NCBI GenBank assembly: GCA_047495785.1
Contig: JBLDXI010000001.1
Coordinates: forward strand, 1,922,001 to 1,986,000
Direction of reading: 5' to 3'
Source of the DNA: Lepidodermella squamata
Lineage: Eukaryota > Animalia > Gastrotricha
DNA length: 64,000 nt
Shown: one piece after another, positions 1-11,991 of the stretch
How positions within the stretch are numbered: the first letter of the stretch is position 1
Layout: every line of letters begins with the position of its first letter
Notes under the pieces: model-generated
Told to the model about the DNA's origin: nothing
Seen by the model: only the letters and a program-made list of their open reading frames with translations
The model's database searches: none
Translations under genes and position numbers: made by a program

Positions 1-212
1 GAGGCCGAAATGAGGATTTCAAAGGATTTTGAAAGCATTGACTTTCCACTTCAAAGTTCGACAAACTCTGAATTTTCATGTCATCTCAATTTTTTGTCCC
101 GTGAAACATTTTGTAAAGCTATGAGAATTTATTATCTCGACCCTGGAAAAATATTCGCTCCCACACTTGTTTTATTAGGAAACTCTTGGAATCTTAATCT
201 CAAGTCGTTTGA

Positions 213-503
213 ATGGCGAAGGAAAGATCGTTAGCGAAGCTCGATGAAATGCAGTCTAGCTTATTCCGTCTAATTCAAAAGTCAGGTTTGGATGATACGA
301 TTCGTTCTTTTGCCGTCGAGCAGGTGAAGGCGATCAAATACTTGCGCGAGCTCATCGATCGGGAGTGGCCGGATGCTGCTAAGATTGCTGGCGGCTACAA
401 CTTCGAAATGACGCCTGAAAATTCCTGCCCCATTTGCCTGAAAACTATCTCACGGAAACGCGACCTGAAGCGGCACATTGCCACGGTTCATACACGTAAA
501 TAA
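213..503 (+). CDS. Mini zinc-finger protein (helical N-module + 1 C2H2)
   Basis: Intronless 96-aa ORF; finger CPICLKTISRKRDLKRHIATVH; N-terminus resembles the next gene (MAK..., EQVKAIKYLRELI..W.D, YNFE...NSCPIC). Confidence 0.8.
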   Translation: MAKERSLAKLDEMQSSLFRLIQKSGLDDTIRSFAVEQVKAIKYLRELIDREWPDAAKIAGGYNFEMTPENSCPICLKTISRKRDLKRHIATVHTRK

Positions 504-732
504 ATTTGGGACCATACTCGGGGTGGAAGTCAATTTTCTTAAGTATTGTTGAATGGAGTACGCTGAATTTTTCATGGAAAATGATTGCAATTTCATCTCT
601 TTTCGTAAATAAATCTATAATCGTAAATGAATGAAAATTTCGAACTTGCTGATTTCAGTTTCATTTTTAATATGGCGACATGATTGGAGGGTTTCAAATT
701 TTTTAGACTTTAAAGAGTGGCTAAATCCCTCA

Positions 733-1199
733 ATGGCGAAAGCAAAGTGCTTGAAATTAGTAGAATCGATGAGATCTTCCATGACGAATTTGATGATCGA
801 ATCTGAACTGAAGGAACCCGACATGCGATGTCCGCACGAACCAGCCATAACGAAGCAAGTCGAAATGCTCAAACAGCTTGAACACGAAATTTCGGCGAAT
901 TGGGCTGATCCAACTGTTCCTAAAACGAAACGTAACCACGCTTTTCCAGGGGTAAAGAAATGGTGTTGCATCTTCATTTCAATTTGTTAGTAGTAGAAAC
1001 TGTTTCCTACGCTTTTGAGAACTTGGCTGAAAACGTTTGTCCGGTCTGCGGTCTTGAAATGAAGAACAAATTGGTCGTGAAGGGACACATGGAGGCTCGT
1101 CACAATCCGAATCCGAAAAAGTTCCAATGCGACAAATGCGAAAAGTTCTATTTGTTTTCTGGAAGCTTGTCTAATCACAAAAAGAGCGCTCATCAGTGA
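733..1199 (+). CDS. Mini zinc-finger protein (helical N-module + 2 C2H2)
   Basis: ATG 733; phase-1 intron 932-990 joins ORFs 631..990 and 960..1199; fingers CPVC...HMEARH and CDKC...HKKSAH. Confidence 0.8.
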
Positions 1200-1280
1200 C
1201 GACTTATCGATTATATTATTTATCTAGCTGTTCTCCCGATTATTTTTAGATTCTCTATTTAATCTAAGGCAAAGTGAACA

Positions 1281-1996
1281 ATGTCAGGTAAGAAAAATCT
1301 AATTTATTAGGGTTGGATGTAGCATTTGTTATAGGCGATGAGCTGAATCGTGACGAAACAGCCCTGCAGGCTATCGATGATATCGGGCAGGGCTGCCTTG
1401 GAATAATGGAAAGCCTCTCCGCAATCGAATCAGGCCTAGAATCATCGATTCAAAGGCGCCTTATCCTCGAAACCCTCACCTCTCAGCTCATGAAAGTTGA
1501 GTACCTGAAATCCTACATAACTCGTAATTCGTTATTATAATTTCTGCTCTTGAATTTTTTGTTCCTTTTATCAGATGTGATGGGTCGTAAGTCAGCAACT
1601 GGTAAACTTATTCACAACTTGACAAACAAGGTTTTGACGAATGGCGTTGTGAAATCGAATCGCGGCCGGAAACCTAAGCTAATATTGCCCGCGAATTTAC
1701 CTCTGGCTCCGTTACCTCCTCTAAGTGAATCTTCAACAAAATCCCATAACCCAACTCCGAATCCGTCTGTTGTCCCGTCGGTGGAAGTTATAACGATAGA
1801 CGATGATGTGACTAGCAGCAGTACTCCGACTTCGAAAGCTTCGTCATCGGTGAAGTCAAGTGGAACTAGCTTAGTCTCATCAAATAGTGCCACTCAGTCT
1901 TATCCGACGGTATTTGCCTGCCGATTATGCCCTTATTTCTATTGCTCGAAGAAGGATTACGCGCAGCACGTTGAAATTGCCCATGCAGGTGGATAA
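1281..1996 (+). CDS. Zinc-finger protein with helical module, AT-hook-like RGRKPK, SIM-like VEVITIDDD, 1 C2H2
   Basis: Introns 1288-1334 and 1524-1574 (GT-AG, phase 1) join ORFs 1313 and 1550 in frame; finger CRLC...HVEIAH. Confidence 0.8.
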
Positions 1997-2098
1997 ATTG
2001 GTAATTGGTGATGTCTTTGTTCCGTAGTAAATTCATCTGTTTCTCACGGGAAAAGGATCTGATTCTTGGGAAATTTTAGGTAGAGCATTATCAAATTG

Positions 2099-2613
2099 AT
2101 GACTGATTTTAAGCCCATCAGCAAGAAATCGAAGATTCTCGGGATATCTCACGAGATCGAAAGCAGCAACATCAGTTTATGGAACATGTTCGAAGTGCCT
2201 GGTAAGAAGAATGTCCTGGAAGTTCGTGGCTTTTTAATCACGCAAGCCGAACAAATTCGAGCTCTTCGAGAGCAAGTTGAAGCTTTGGAAGACTATGATT
2301 TCCGCATTGGTTAGCAAACTTTCCATTTTACTGATCCTAATTTTCAAAAAATAAATTCTTAGAGAATCCGTTCCTATGCAAAGTTGAGACTCCCGAAGAT
2401 GACGACGTGTGCCTGATAGTCGACCCTCCGACTTTACCAGCTAAAAATTCCAGTGTCACCCCGGTAAAGCCAGCACCCATCCCGGTCAACACACCTACTC
2501 CGGTCAAGTCTCCTACCCTAGCTTTTCCGACGAAAAAACGGTGCGAATTCTGTCCGGCGACCTACTCGGACCCGTCCACGCTTCAGAAGCATGTCGCCCG
2601 TGTTCACGCTTAA
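2099..2613 (+). CDS. Mini zinc-finger protein (helical module, SIM-like DDDVCLIVD, 1 C2H2)
   Basis: Intron 2310-2362 joins ORFs 2096 and 2407; finger CEFC...HVARVH. Confidence 0.8.
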
Positions 2614-2757
2614 AACAAAAACTTCGTTTTCGAAGATTGATTTCTAATTTATAATTTTGCCCTGATTTTGCTCTAAAATATCGTGGAAATCCCTTAATTT
2701 TTTTCTAGCTAGAAGCTGAAAACTGAATAATTTTTCTAATAATCGAAAATTTGAAAC

Positions 2758-3267
2758 ATGAGCGGAGAAAGTAATTTTCGGTCCCAATTTTCGATGACGT
2801 TCCGAAATTCTCGTTTTTCAGAGCTGGTGAAAAGTTCCCAGGTATTGCAGGAATATGCTGGTTTGATTTCGATTTGCAAGTCGCTGAGCAAATACTTGAG
2901 AGAGGTTGCACATGACCCTAACGCTGTGGAACGCGCCGCTGAGAATTTCGCAAGGAAACTGTCTCCTCACGCCCAACTCATCGAACGATGCCGCAAAGGA
3001 TCTTCCCTACGAAAACACCATCAGGATTCAATTTCGAAGGTTGCTAAATCCGTCAGTGAAACCGAGCGTAGTTCGTCGATGGAATGCGCCAAGTGCCCGA
3101 TTTGCGACAAGGTACTGATGAAACGCAACATGCGCGATCATCTGGCTATGCACGAAGCTGACCCGCCGAAATTCGTCTGCAACAGGTGTCAACAGGTCTT
3201 CCGCCGGCGTCGAAGTCATCTCAAACATTCGGTCAAATGTAACGCTCTGATGGAGCTTGACGATTAA
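2758..3267 (+). CDS. Zinc-finger protein (C2H2 + C2HC)
   Basis: 169-aa ORF; CPIC...HLAMH, then CNRC...HSVKC. Confidence 0.8.
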   Translation: MSGESNFRSQFSMTFRNSRFSELVKSSQVLQEYAGLISICKSLSKYLREVAHDPNAVERAAENFARKLSPHAQLIERCRKGSSLRKHHQDSISKVAKSVSETERSSSMECAKCPICDKVLMKRNMRDHLAMHEADPPKFVCNRCQQVFRRRRSHLKHSVKCNALMELDD

Positions 3268-3328
3268 ACTGACTCTTTCGGGTTGATTTACTTCTTTTTC
3301 CTGTGTAGATTTTGATTAGAAATTCTAA

Positions 3329-3843
3329 ATGGCTGAAGGTCGACATTCTAGCAAGCAAATATTGAGGATGCTGGACCTTTTGGAGGTCGAGTCAAAGACT
3401 CCGATTTCGCTCCGCCCTCCAATTGTCCAGCACTATTTGGGTAGAGCTTGAGACATTTTAGACCAAAAATAATTGTGTTTTTGATAGTATTAAAGGAAGA
3501 ACGAGATGCGAAACTTGCTTTGAAAAATGCGAAGGTCGAAGCCCAGAATGAGGACGTTACTGATTTGCCAGAAATTGATGACGACTGGTTTTTCGAATCA
3601 GAAAGATTGCCTGCTACCCGCAACCTCCGACTTCCACCCCCGAAGCGCTACCATCCGTGTATTCACTGTACGAACTCGTATCGTTTCCCTTGGCAGGTGA
3701 AACTTCACCAGGAAGAAAAACACGATTTGTGGAGCTTGCTGTTCAGCCTTGACTGCGGAATGAGTTATGATTTCTTGAAGAAAGTTGACCGAAAACGACG
3801 ACGAGCCCCTTCTCCCATTCCTATCTATTCAGTGAACTGGTAA
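3329..3843 (+). CDS. Mini zinc-finger protein (1 C2H2)
   Basis: ATG 3329; intron 3441-3487 joins to the ORF 3448 frame; finger CIHC...HQEEKH. Confidence 0.75.
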
Positions 3844-3882
3844 CTAGTTTCTCTTCCCCCTGTGTTTTTTAGATTGTTACTA

Positions 3883-4340
3883 ATGGGATCGAACCCTGCT
3901 GTCGAATTCACTGACCTAGTTTCCCAGCTGCGGAAGATGAATTCCAACATGAATGAGCAGCTATCAAGTAAAATTTCGAAGCGATTTTACTGAATAATTT
4001 ACCCTGTAATCTAGAGTATCTAGCTGCTGCGCCGGTTTTCAGCGCTTTCACCGAGTATCTATCCTGTGAACTCGAAGTGATCAACAAGATGGAAGTAACT
4101 CATGGTATAGTCGCCTCTAAACTTGTCACGTTATTGGACAACGTGAATAAGCTGGAGGCGGGGAAGGCCAAGCCTGTGTTAACCGCGAAACAAGCTGTAC
4201 CGAACCCCGCTGTTAAGGAGGAGCCATCTGAAAAGATCCCCTGTGAACTGTGTCATAGAGAGTTTTCTAGCAAAGAAACGTTGAAAAAGCATGTTAACAG
4301 ACTGCATGCTGAACTCGAATTCCAGCCAACTTACATTTGA
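3883..4340 (+). CDS. Mini zinc-finger protein (helical module + 1 C2H2)
   Basis: ATG 3883; intron 3968-4014; finger CELC...HVNRLH; SUMO consensus VKEE. Confidence 0.78.
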
Positions 4341-4381
4341 TACTTGAATGCAATGTTTTTTTTTATTGGAGAATTTAAAAA

Positions 4382-4693
4382 ATGTCATCATCTAACGCCC
4401 ATTACGAGAAAAGGATTGCTGAACTCGAAGCTGCTAATTCCGCGTTGAAAATTGAGGTTGAGCAATTACGTAAAAAAATCGGATCTTCTGGCGATTCGCA
4501 TTACGCTTTTGCTTCCACGGCTGCCCTGCCGCCCAACGTTTGCCCCATTTGCAATGTTGCTGCTTCGAGTGCGTACAGCCTGAAGAGCCACATGTTCCTA
4601 CACGATCCCGTTCCACGATTTTCTTGCAAGAAATGTGGTAAGAAGAGCCGCCAGCCTCAAGGTCATCGAGCTCACGAACGTAGCTGTAAATGA
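4382..4693 (+). CDS. Coiled-coil + 2 zinc-finger mini-protein
   Basis: Heptad repeat IAELEAANSALKIEVEQLRKKI; CPIC...HMFLH-DPVPRFS-CKKC...HERSC. Confidence 0.85.
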   Translation: MSSSNAHYEKRIAELEAANSALKIEVEQLRKKIGSSGDSHYAFASTAALPPNVCPICNVAASSAYSLKSHMFLHDPVPRFSCKKCGKKSRQPQGHRAHERSCK

Positions 4694-4820
4694 TTGAAAA
4701 CGAGACCTTAGCGGAAACATTCATCAATGCTCACCATTTTCTATGGTTTATCATAATTTTTGTTTTTTTTCGATTAAAATTTGTATTAATAGAAATTACT
4801 AAGTCATTTGAAGGCAATCA

Positions 4821-5135
4821 ATGAATCCTGAAATTGAGAACTTACGGAGGGAGAATTTCGAACTGAAGGCAATCATCGAAAGGTTGAAAACAGAAAACAG
4901 CGCTCTTCTCGCCAAGTTGGGTTCAACGACTAATTCGGAGACTTATTCGTTCGCTCAGCCTCCCAGCTTGCCGGCTAACACGTGTCCGATTTGCAGTGAA
5001 AAGCTTGGAAGTGCCCCCAGTTTGAGAGACCACATGTTTCGGCATGACGCTGTGCCGCGATTTTCCTGTGATGACTGCGGTGTGGCTTTTCGCCAGGTTC
5101 AAGGATTAAATAGACACCGCCGCAACAAGCATTAG
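4821..5135 (+). CDS. Coiled-coil + 2 zinc-finger mini-protein (paralogue of 4382)
   Basis: Heptads IENLRRENFELKAIIERLKTENSALLAKL; CPIC...HMFRH-DAVPRFS-CDDC...HRRNKH. Confidence 0.85.
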   Translation: MNPEIENLRRENFELKAIIERLKTENSALLAKLGSTTNSETYSFAQPPSLPANTCPICSEKLGSAPSLRDHMFRHDAVPRFSCDDCGVAFRQVQGLNRHRRNKH

Positions 5136-5201
5136 ATGAATTTTTCATAATCGATGAACTGAGCTCAATAACCTGCCTCAATGTCTTGTGATCTAATTTA
5201 G

Positions 5202-5522
5202 ATGACCTTGCCTGAAGATCGTATATTAAACCTTGAAGTATTGCTCTGTCAACAATCGACAAGAATTCGTGACCTGGAGAACAAAATTAGCTCCATATTG
5301 AATGATAACGAAAGATTCATGTCAAAAATCATTGTTCAAGTCGAATGGGCTGTTAGCGAGATCGAAATTCTCTCGAAGCGAATTAATGCCATTCGCCAGA
5401 TCAGTGAGAAGGTTTGATGGTTATGTCACATTGTCCCTCTCATATTTGTCAATAATTTATTTTAGGAGGTCTTGTTATCTTTGTTGCCAGATAAGGAGGA
5501 AATGCTATTTTCGTTTCGATGA
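5202..5522 (+). CDS. Small coiled-coil protein, no finger
   Basis: Heptad pattern; phase-0 intron 5412-5465 adds EVLLSLLPDKEEMLFSFR*. Confidence 0.6.
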
Positions 5523-5824
5523 TCAATAATCTATTTTCTACTTTTTACATTCATCCTATTTTTACTTGAAACCTCAACTTTTTTGTTGATTAAAATTGCA
5601 GATATGCAAAATTGAAAAATGCCGATCACCTAATTATTGAAGTTCAAAAGATTCTGCTGGTTTCATATTATCCTATTTCGACGCCAAGCATTCAGAAATT
5701 CCCATATGAAATCAGCTGAATCTTTTTTTGCTTCGAAAACGAAGAGTTTGGCTTCTTTGAATTTTGTGCTTCGGGTTCATTAGGTTTTTTTTCGGGATTT
5801 TGTATTAATTTTTAGCTCGAACGA

Positions 5825-6132
5825 ATGAGCTTGTTGCAGTCTACTGATATTCGGTACGAGATAACAATCATGCGATTGAAGCAGCAGAATGCGAAACTCG
5901 AAGGTCAGGTAGCCGCTCTGGAGCAGCGGTTGGCGGACGCCTCCGCTGTTTTCGATCGATTAGCAGCCATTTTAGCCAACGTCTTTGAGGTAGATCAAGT
6001 GCAAGATGAAGTAAGTCCTAGCTATTTATTCATTTATTCTTGACATTTTGTATTATAATTTCCAAGGTGAAGATCGAAAAAGAAGATTTGCGAAAAGCTG
6101 CGATGCGTGAATTGCCCAAGGACCTCGAGTAA
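5825..6132 (+). CDS. Small coiled-coil protein, no finger
   Basis: LKQQNAKLEGQVAALEQRL; intron 6011-6066 (gtaagt...ccaag); last exon VKIEKEDLRK...DLE*. Confidence 0.65.
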
Positions 6133-6345
6133 ATTTAATAAAAAACTTGTTTTGCTTTGACTCGGTTTTATTGATGACGAAATGCACTGTCTATCTAGAT
6201 TCACAGTATTGTTACATTTTTTATTTTTATCCCTGAAGTTTAATTTCCTGCCTGAAGCTAAATTTAGAACTACGGAATTGAACCTGTATTTGAATCATGT
6301 CTTTGTCCATGGAAATTGAATTGGAGCCAACTTTTGTTTTGCTGA

Positions 6346-7622
6346 TCACATGGTAATGTTTATGAAAACAATGATGTAGATCGTCAAGGATCCTAATCCA
6401 GTAAGAATGGCGAATGCCAGATCGATCAGGCGGATGAGTTCCATACGGAGTAGTTTCTTGTAGTGCCAGCTTAGCGTGACGTCTACTACTTTCCTGAAGT
6501 CGGACCATTGAGATAGCAGATTTGAAACTAAGGCATAAAGAGTGAAGACCACTGAAATAACAAAATGGCTCGAAACGAAAACGAGAGCATTAGGAATCTG
6601 GCTAGAGCTTGGAATGAGGCTTCCTACGATCGACTGATAGACGGAAAAAGCGAGAACAACTGTCACGCAAAATGCTGGTCGGTCAGGGACATCCGGCTGA
6701 AGCAGAAGGGCCCCGAACAGGAGACTCAGCAGGCAGAAACATGGCAAAAATATGTTGATGAGGTGCAGACTGGACCGGCGTCTGATTACAAAGTAGAACA
6801 CAGCTCTGTGGTAAGTTTTGTTGGGAGCATTGGCGTATTGAACTGGTAGAAAGTTCGAGCCCGATTCTACCAGGCTCCAGTCGTTCACTTCGCTCATGAA
6901 AGGATAATCTACGTCGTCTTCGGTGACGGCTAGCTCGACCGATGTCAGCACGTTGTGCCTTGTATTGTACCATGTTTCTAGCTGGACAGAACAGTTTTGG
7001 ACATCATATGGAAATTTTTCCAAGCTGAAAAATATGCATTAAACTCCATATTTTATCGAAATTTTGAACTCTAGTCTTACTCTAATGGGCAGTACGAGGT
7101 GAAAAAGCCCACTGTCCTAAGCAGGACCTGGCCATCGCTGTAAAAGCGGGTGAATTGTTGACCCGTATAGAGGTTTTGCATTAGCATTGAGTCGGCTGAA
7201 TTAATGTGCTCCATAGGTGGCTGATACGTGTTTGAAATCGGCACCAAGAAGGAGGGTATGTCGTTCCAGTCCGATGTGTTCCATCTTACGCAAGGGTGGT
7301 TCCATCGCAGATTGAATTCTGATGCTAGAGAAAACGTCTCTTCCTGCTCGTTCAAGTTGAGTAAACGAAGCGGAATGAAGGATATTTCAATTGACATTGG
7401 CTCGCTTGCATTGGTCGGCCTGTCGAGCTCGTAGATACCGCATTTGCTTGCAAAGTGGTATCTCAACTAAGGAAAGAAAAATCAACCGGGATTAGGAAGC
7501 TAGTACTGACAATTTTCCCTCACCCTTCCTTCCGGCGGTATGTAGTTTGTCTCGCCTTGAGTCGAAGTTGCCATGATGACTGCAGTCATTAAGATGAAAA
7601 ATCCAAGCGTCACAGAGCTCAT
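6346..7622 (-). CDS. Cys-loop ligand-gated ion channel subunit, nAChR-like non-alpha (copy 1)
   Basis: Signal peptide exon MSSVTLGFF...YIPPEGR; Cys-loop YCPL-x-LEKFPYDVQNC; four TM helices; 3 exons. Confidence 0.92.
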
Positions 7623-7781
7623 TTTTGCTTTTCAATGCTGCCTTGCAGCTTTGATAGCTATGAGCTGGTGTTCGTGGAAAATTATTTCAACTCTCTGGTT
7701 TCCGCTTTCATAGATTTTCGAAGCAATATTCTTGAGCGAAATCAAATAAATTCCATAAATATATCGAATGTAATATCCCTA

Positions 7782-7819
7782 CACGTGAGTCCTCACGTAA
7801 CTGACGTCAGCGTGACGCA
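7782..7819. promoter_or_regulatory. Cluster of ACGT-core sites (E-box CACGTG, palindromic CRE CTGACGTCAG) upstream of LGIC copy 1
   Basis: CACGTG 7782-7787; inverted repeat acgtgag/ctcacgt 7783-7798; ctgacgtcag 7801-7810; ~160-200 bp upstream of the ATG. Confidence 0.4.
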
Positions 7820-8541
7820 ATTATTGTTATTCGCCTATGTTCCATTGCCATCGCAGTTGAAAAATTGAAGGTGGTGTGAGAAGAAAGTAGAAAGGAAAAA
7901 AGGAGAATGACTAACTTGACCTCGCTCCAATGCGCCTTCCCGAGAAGTAGCGAGTGAAAATTATGAGAAATTTTAACTTAATAGGGAAATATTTATTTAA
8001 AAGCTTTGGCATTGGCTTTGGAACTGGCTCGAGCCATTCGGTATTTATTACTGTCTACTATGACTTGCAATAAGGAAGTAAGCCCCGGCTCCCCGGCTCT
8101 TTCCTATTTCCAATGCGTCACAACAGACCTAGTCTTAAACCATAGCGATTTAAGACGAAATCACACAATTTTCGAGTTGTATACGCATTTTTCCGCTCAG
8201 GTTCCAGCCAAATGTTATGAAACTTCGAAGAGAAGTGCTCTGAATGCCGGGAATTATTTCGTCCGAATCTTGCGCATTTCTAGCTTTTAAAATGGGAAGT
8301 CAAATTGTTCATGGCGAATGGTCTTGTGACTTGTGACCTCGTTGGCTGCGTCACGGAGCCTTTATTTCAGTACCTTCAAAGTCTTAGCCTGTTAAATAGT
8401 TGTTATTTCATCAGTTAGTTGTCCTCTTTTTTTAAAGAAATATATGCACAAGCAATTGCCAAATGTTTACAACCAGTGTTTACAATCAGGAATGCTTGCT
8501 TGATGGAGGAATGGTAGAGAGAAGTCAAATCGGATTTCGTG

Positions 8542-9805
8542 TCAAATCATAAGATTGTTGAAAATAACTGCATAAAGAGCAATGGATCCCAGGCTAGCCA
8601 GCGTAGAGAATGCGATATCTGGAAGTCGAATAAGCTGCATAGGAAGCGGCAGCTTGATACGACAAAACGGCAGTACTTCAATGGTCTCTCGGTATCTTGG
8701 CCTCAGTGATAGTTCATTCGAGATCAAGGCATAGAGCGTGAAGAAAACTGCGATAACTAGGTGGCTTGCGACAAAAATCAACGCATCGGGTACCTGACTC
8801 GAGTTCGGAATCATTTCTCCAACTATTGACTGATAAACTGAAAATGCGAGGACAACCGTAACGCAGAAGGCTGGCCGGTCTGGCGCATCTGGCTCCATCA
8901 GCATTGCCCCAAAAAGCAGGGTCAATAAGCAGAAGCAGGGTGCGAAAATGTTGATGAGGTGCAAACTCGGGCGACGTTTGATTATGTAGTAAAACGCTAC
9001 TCTATGATAGGTTTTATTCGGACTGGTTGCGTACTCGACGTTGAGAAAGTTGTAACTCGACTTGATCAGAGTCCAGTCGTTCACGTCACTCATGAATGGG
9101 TAGGCTGCATCGTCCTCAACGACCTGATATTGAACCGAATTGAATATCATGTTCCGTGTATTGCGCCATGTTTCGAGTTGTATTGAACAATTTTGAACGT
9201 CGAATGGGAATTTCTCTAAGCTGAGAAGCATAGGAGATAACTTTTGTCAATTGCTTTATTCAGCGATGATGCTTACTTCAATGGGCAGTACGAGGCGAAA
9301 AAGCCAGCTGTACGTAATATAACAGAGCCATCGCTGTAGAAACGAGTGAACGGCTGTTCTGCATACAAATTCTGGAGTAGCATCGGATCCGCGGAATTGA
9401 CGTGCTCGATCGGAGGCTGATAGGTTTGCTCCACTGGTATCACAAATGATTGTATACCGTCCCAGTCTGAAGTGTTCCACTGCACACAAGGATGCTGCCA
9501 GCGTAGGTAAAGCTCGGAGGTGACCGCGAAAGTTTCCTTCTGCTCATTTAGATTGTAGAATCGCATTGGCAGGAAGGTTATGTCTATAGCTGTAGGTTCG
9601 CTTGAATTCGTTGGGCGATCCAACTCGTAAATGCCGCATTTTGTTCCGAAGTGATACCTGACCTGCCAATTTATTAAGATCCGTTCAATTTTCGAAGTAC
9701 GGGAAACGTGCATTTGTCTCTTACCCGACCTTCGGGGGGCATGTACGATAATCCTGCGAGGCTGAACGAAAGTACCAAAATCAAAGGCAGTATCGTCAAG
9801 TTCAT
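8542..9805 (-). CDS. Cys-loop ligand-gated ion channel subunit (copy 2)
   Basis: MNLTILPLIL...YMPPEGR; Cys-loop ...FPFDVQNC; M2 DRPAFCVTVVLAFSVY identical to copy 1; same intron positions. Confidence 0.92.
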
Positions 9806-10180
9806 TGATTCAACAGCTTGCGGATAAAATTGGACAGAATCTGAAATCAAGGTTGAACGCTCCAGCTTTATTAATATCATTTTTTCGTGGTTCCCGGATA
9901 TTAACGCAACGAAGCCTGCGCAAAAATATATCTCTATTGAATGATTGTTCAATATTTTATTGATTTTTGATACTGTTCTTCAATATGGATGAGATGTAGA
10001 TGTTCCTCGAATTATCTTTTCAAAATCGGATAATTTAATGCACCGAGGCCTAGAAATCTCGCTATGGAGCCCTTGATATGAACAAGATTTACAAGATCGT
10101 CATCGCAAAAACTGGTCAATGTGACTTGGCTGAGTTAAAAGCAGGACTTTCTTTTTCTGAAGGTCGAAGCTCGAAGCAAA

Positions 10181-11617
10181 TTATCGACCAGACATTGAAC
10201 AAACAAAACCTAAGCTCGTGCCATTGCCAGTTGAAATGTATATTACGAGGCGTTTGAAGATAACGGCGTAGATGATTATTGATCCTAAACTGGCCATGAT
10301 CGAAAAAGCCACATCTATCAAACGTACGAGTTCCAAGTTGATCCGTGGATGATCATTATGTTCCAATGTATCCGCGTCCGTTCCGCGCCCAGGTTCATTC
10401 AGCCAAATTATTTCAAATTGAACTGGTTTCTTTAATTCAGATTTATGGGACAGCACATTGGCCATCAGAGCATGAAGCGTAAATAGGACAGCAATCACAA
10501 AATGGCTCGATACGAAAATCACCGCATCAGGAATCTGGCTGGAACTTGGAATCAAGTTTCCAATAATCGAAAGATAGACGGAAAAGGCGAGAACCACTGT
10601 AACGCAAAATGCCGGCCGATCAGGAACCTTTGGTTGCAAAAGCAGCGACCCGAAAAGAAGAATTAACATCAGGAAACATGGTAGGAAAATGTTGATCAGG
10701 TGTAAACTCGCCCGGCGTCTGATTACGAAGTGAAAAACTGCTCTGTGGTATGTTTCGTTCGGAGAATCGGCGTATTGTATTGGTAAGAAATTTGCATACG
10801 AATTTAAGAGGCTCCAATCGTTTACCTCGCTGATAAAGGAACCAATCTCGTCCTCTAGGAATTCTATCTTAACTGATGTATATATGATGTACTTCGTGCT
10901 GTACCAGGTCTCCAGCTGGGGAATTATGAATTTGTAAAAGCTCTGAAAAATCTCGGCGAAAAGCTTATACCTGTATAGAACAGTTTTGGACATCGAACGG
11001 GAACTTTTCCAAGCTTAACATTGAAAATTGTTAGATTATTCTGTAAACGGGATCGTTTGAATCTTACTCAAGTGGGCAGTACGAGGTGAAAAGCCCAGCT
11101 GTGTGCAGGAGAACAGAACCTTCGCTGCTGAAGCGAGTGAATTGCCGATTAGGGTAAAAGTTCTGCATCAAGATCGAGTCGGCAGAGTTGATGTGCTTAA
11201 TCGCTGGTTGATAGGTTTGTGACGTTGGTACTGTGAAAGAGGATATCCCGTTCCAATCTGAATCTTTCCATTTAACGCAAGGGTGGCGCCATCGGAGATT
11301 TAGATCCGATGCTACAGTGAAGGTCTCCCGCTTCTCGTTCAAGTTGTGGAAATTAAACGGAGTCAAGGTTATTTCGACCCGAATTGGCTCGCTGGAATTG
11401 GCTGGGCGGTCGAGCTCGTAGATTCCGCATTCACGGGCGAAATGGTTCCTCAACTGTGAAAACGGAAAATAGTTTCATTCGCTCGACGGAAAAGCTGATC
11501 TCGTACCCTTCCTTCTGGTGGTATGTAATCTGACTGGCTATCGGTCGAAAATACGTTCGAAGTCTCTTCGGCGAAATAAATCAGAGTAATTACTATGAAT
11601 GATTCGAGCGGTTTCAT
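10181..11617 (-). CDS. Cys-loop ligand-gated ion channel subunit (copy 3)
   Basis: MKPLESF...YIPPEGR; same architecture as copies 1 and 2, plus an extra intron 10916-10970. Confidence 0.9.
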
Positions 11618-11991
11618 TTTTGATTCTCCATGCCTCCGAAGTTCTGATACTAGGTAGTTTAACAGTAGTCATATAGATAGCTCTAGCAAATTGTTTTGTC
11701 TTCGATTCGGAGCACGAGTTGAGGAAATTGGAGTCTGGCCAATGTTTAATCGAATGTTATATTATTATTAACGTAGCCTTATTTTTTCGGCCCATCGGAT
11801 ATTAGTGTTTCGGTCAAAAACAAGCTGATATTTCGCGCTGAGTTGAAAATAAGCTATCCTCAATTGAGTACACTCGAATGCGAGTTCGGCTTGTACTAAC
11901 TAAGACTAATGTTTTGACTTCTGGTTATGACTTTGATAGGTCCCGTGTTAAATTTTTACAAAGAAATAGACGCATCTCCGATCCTTCTGGC

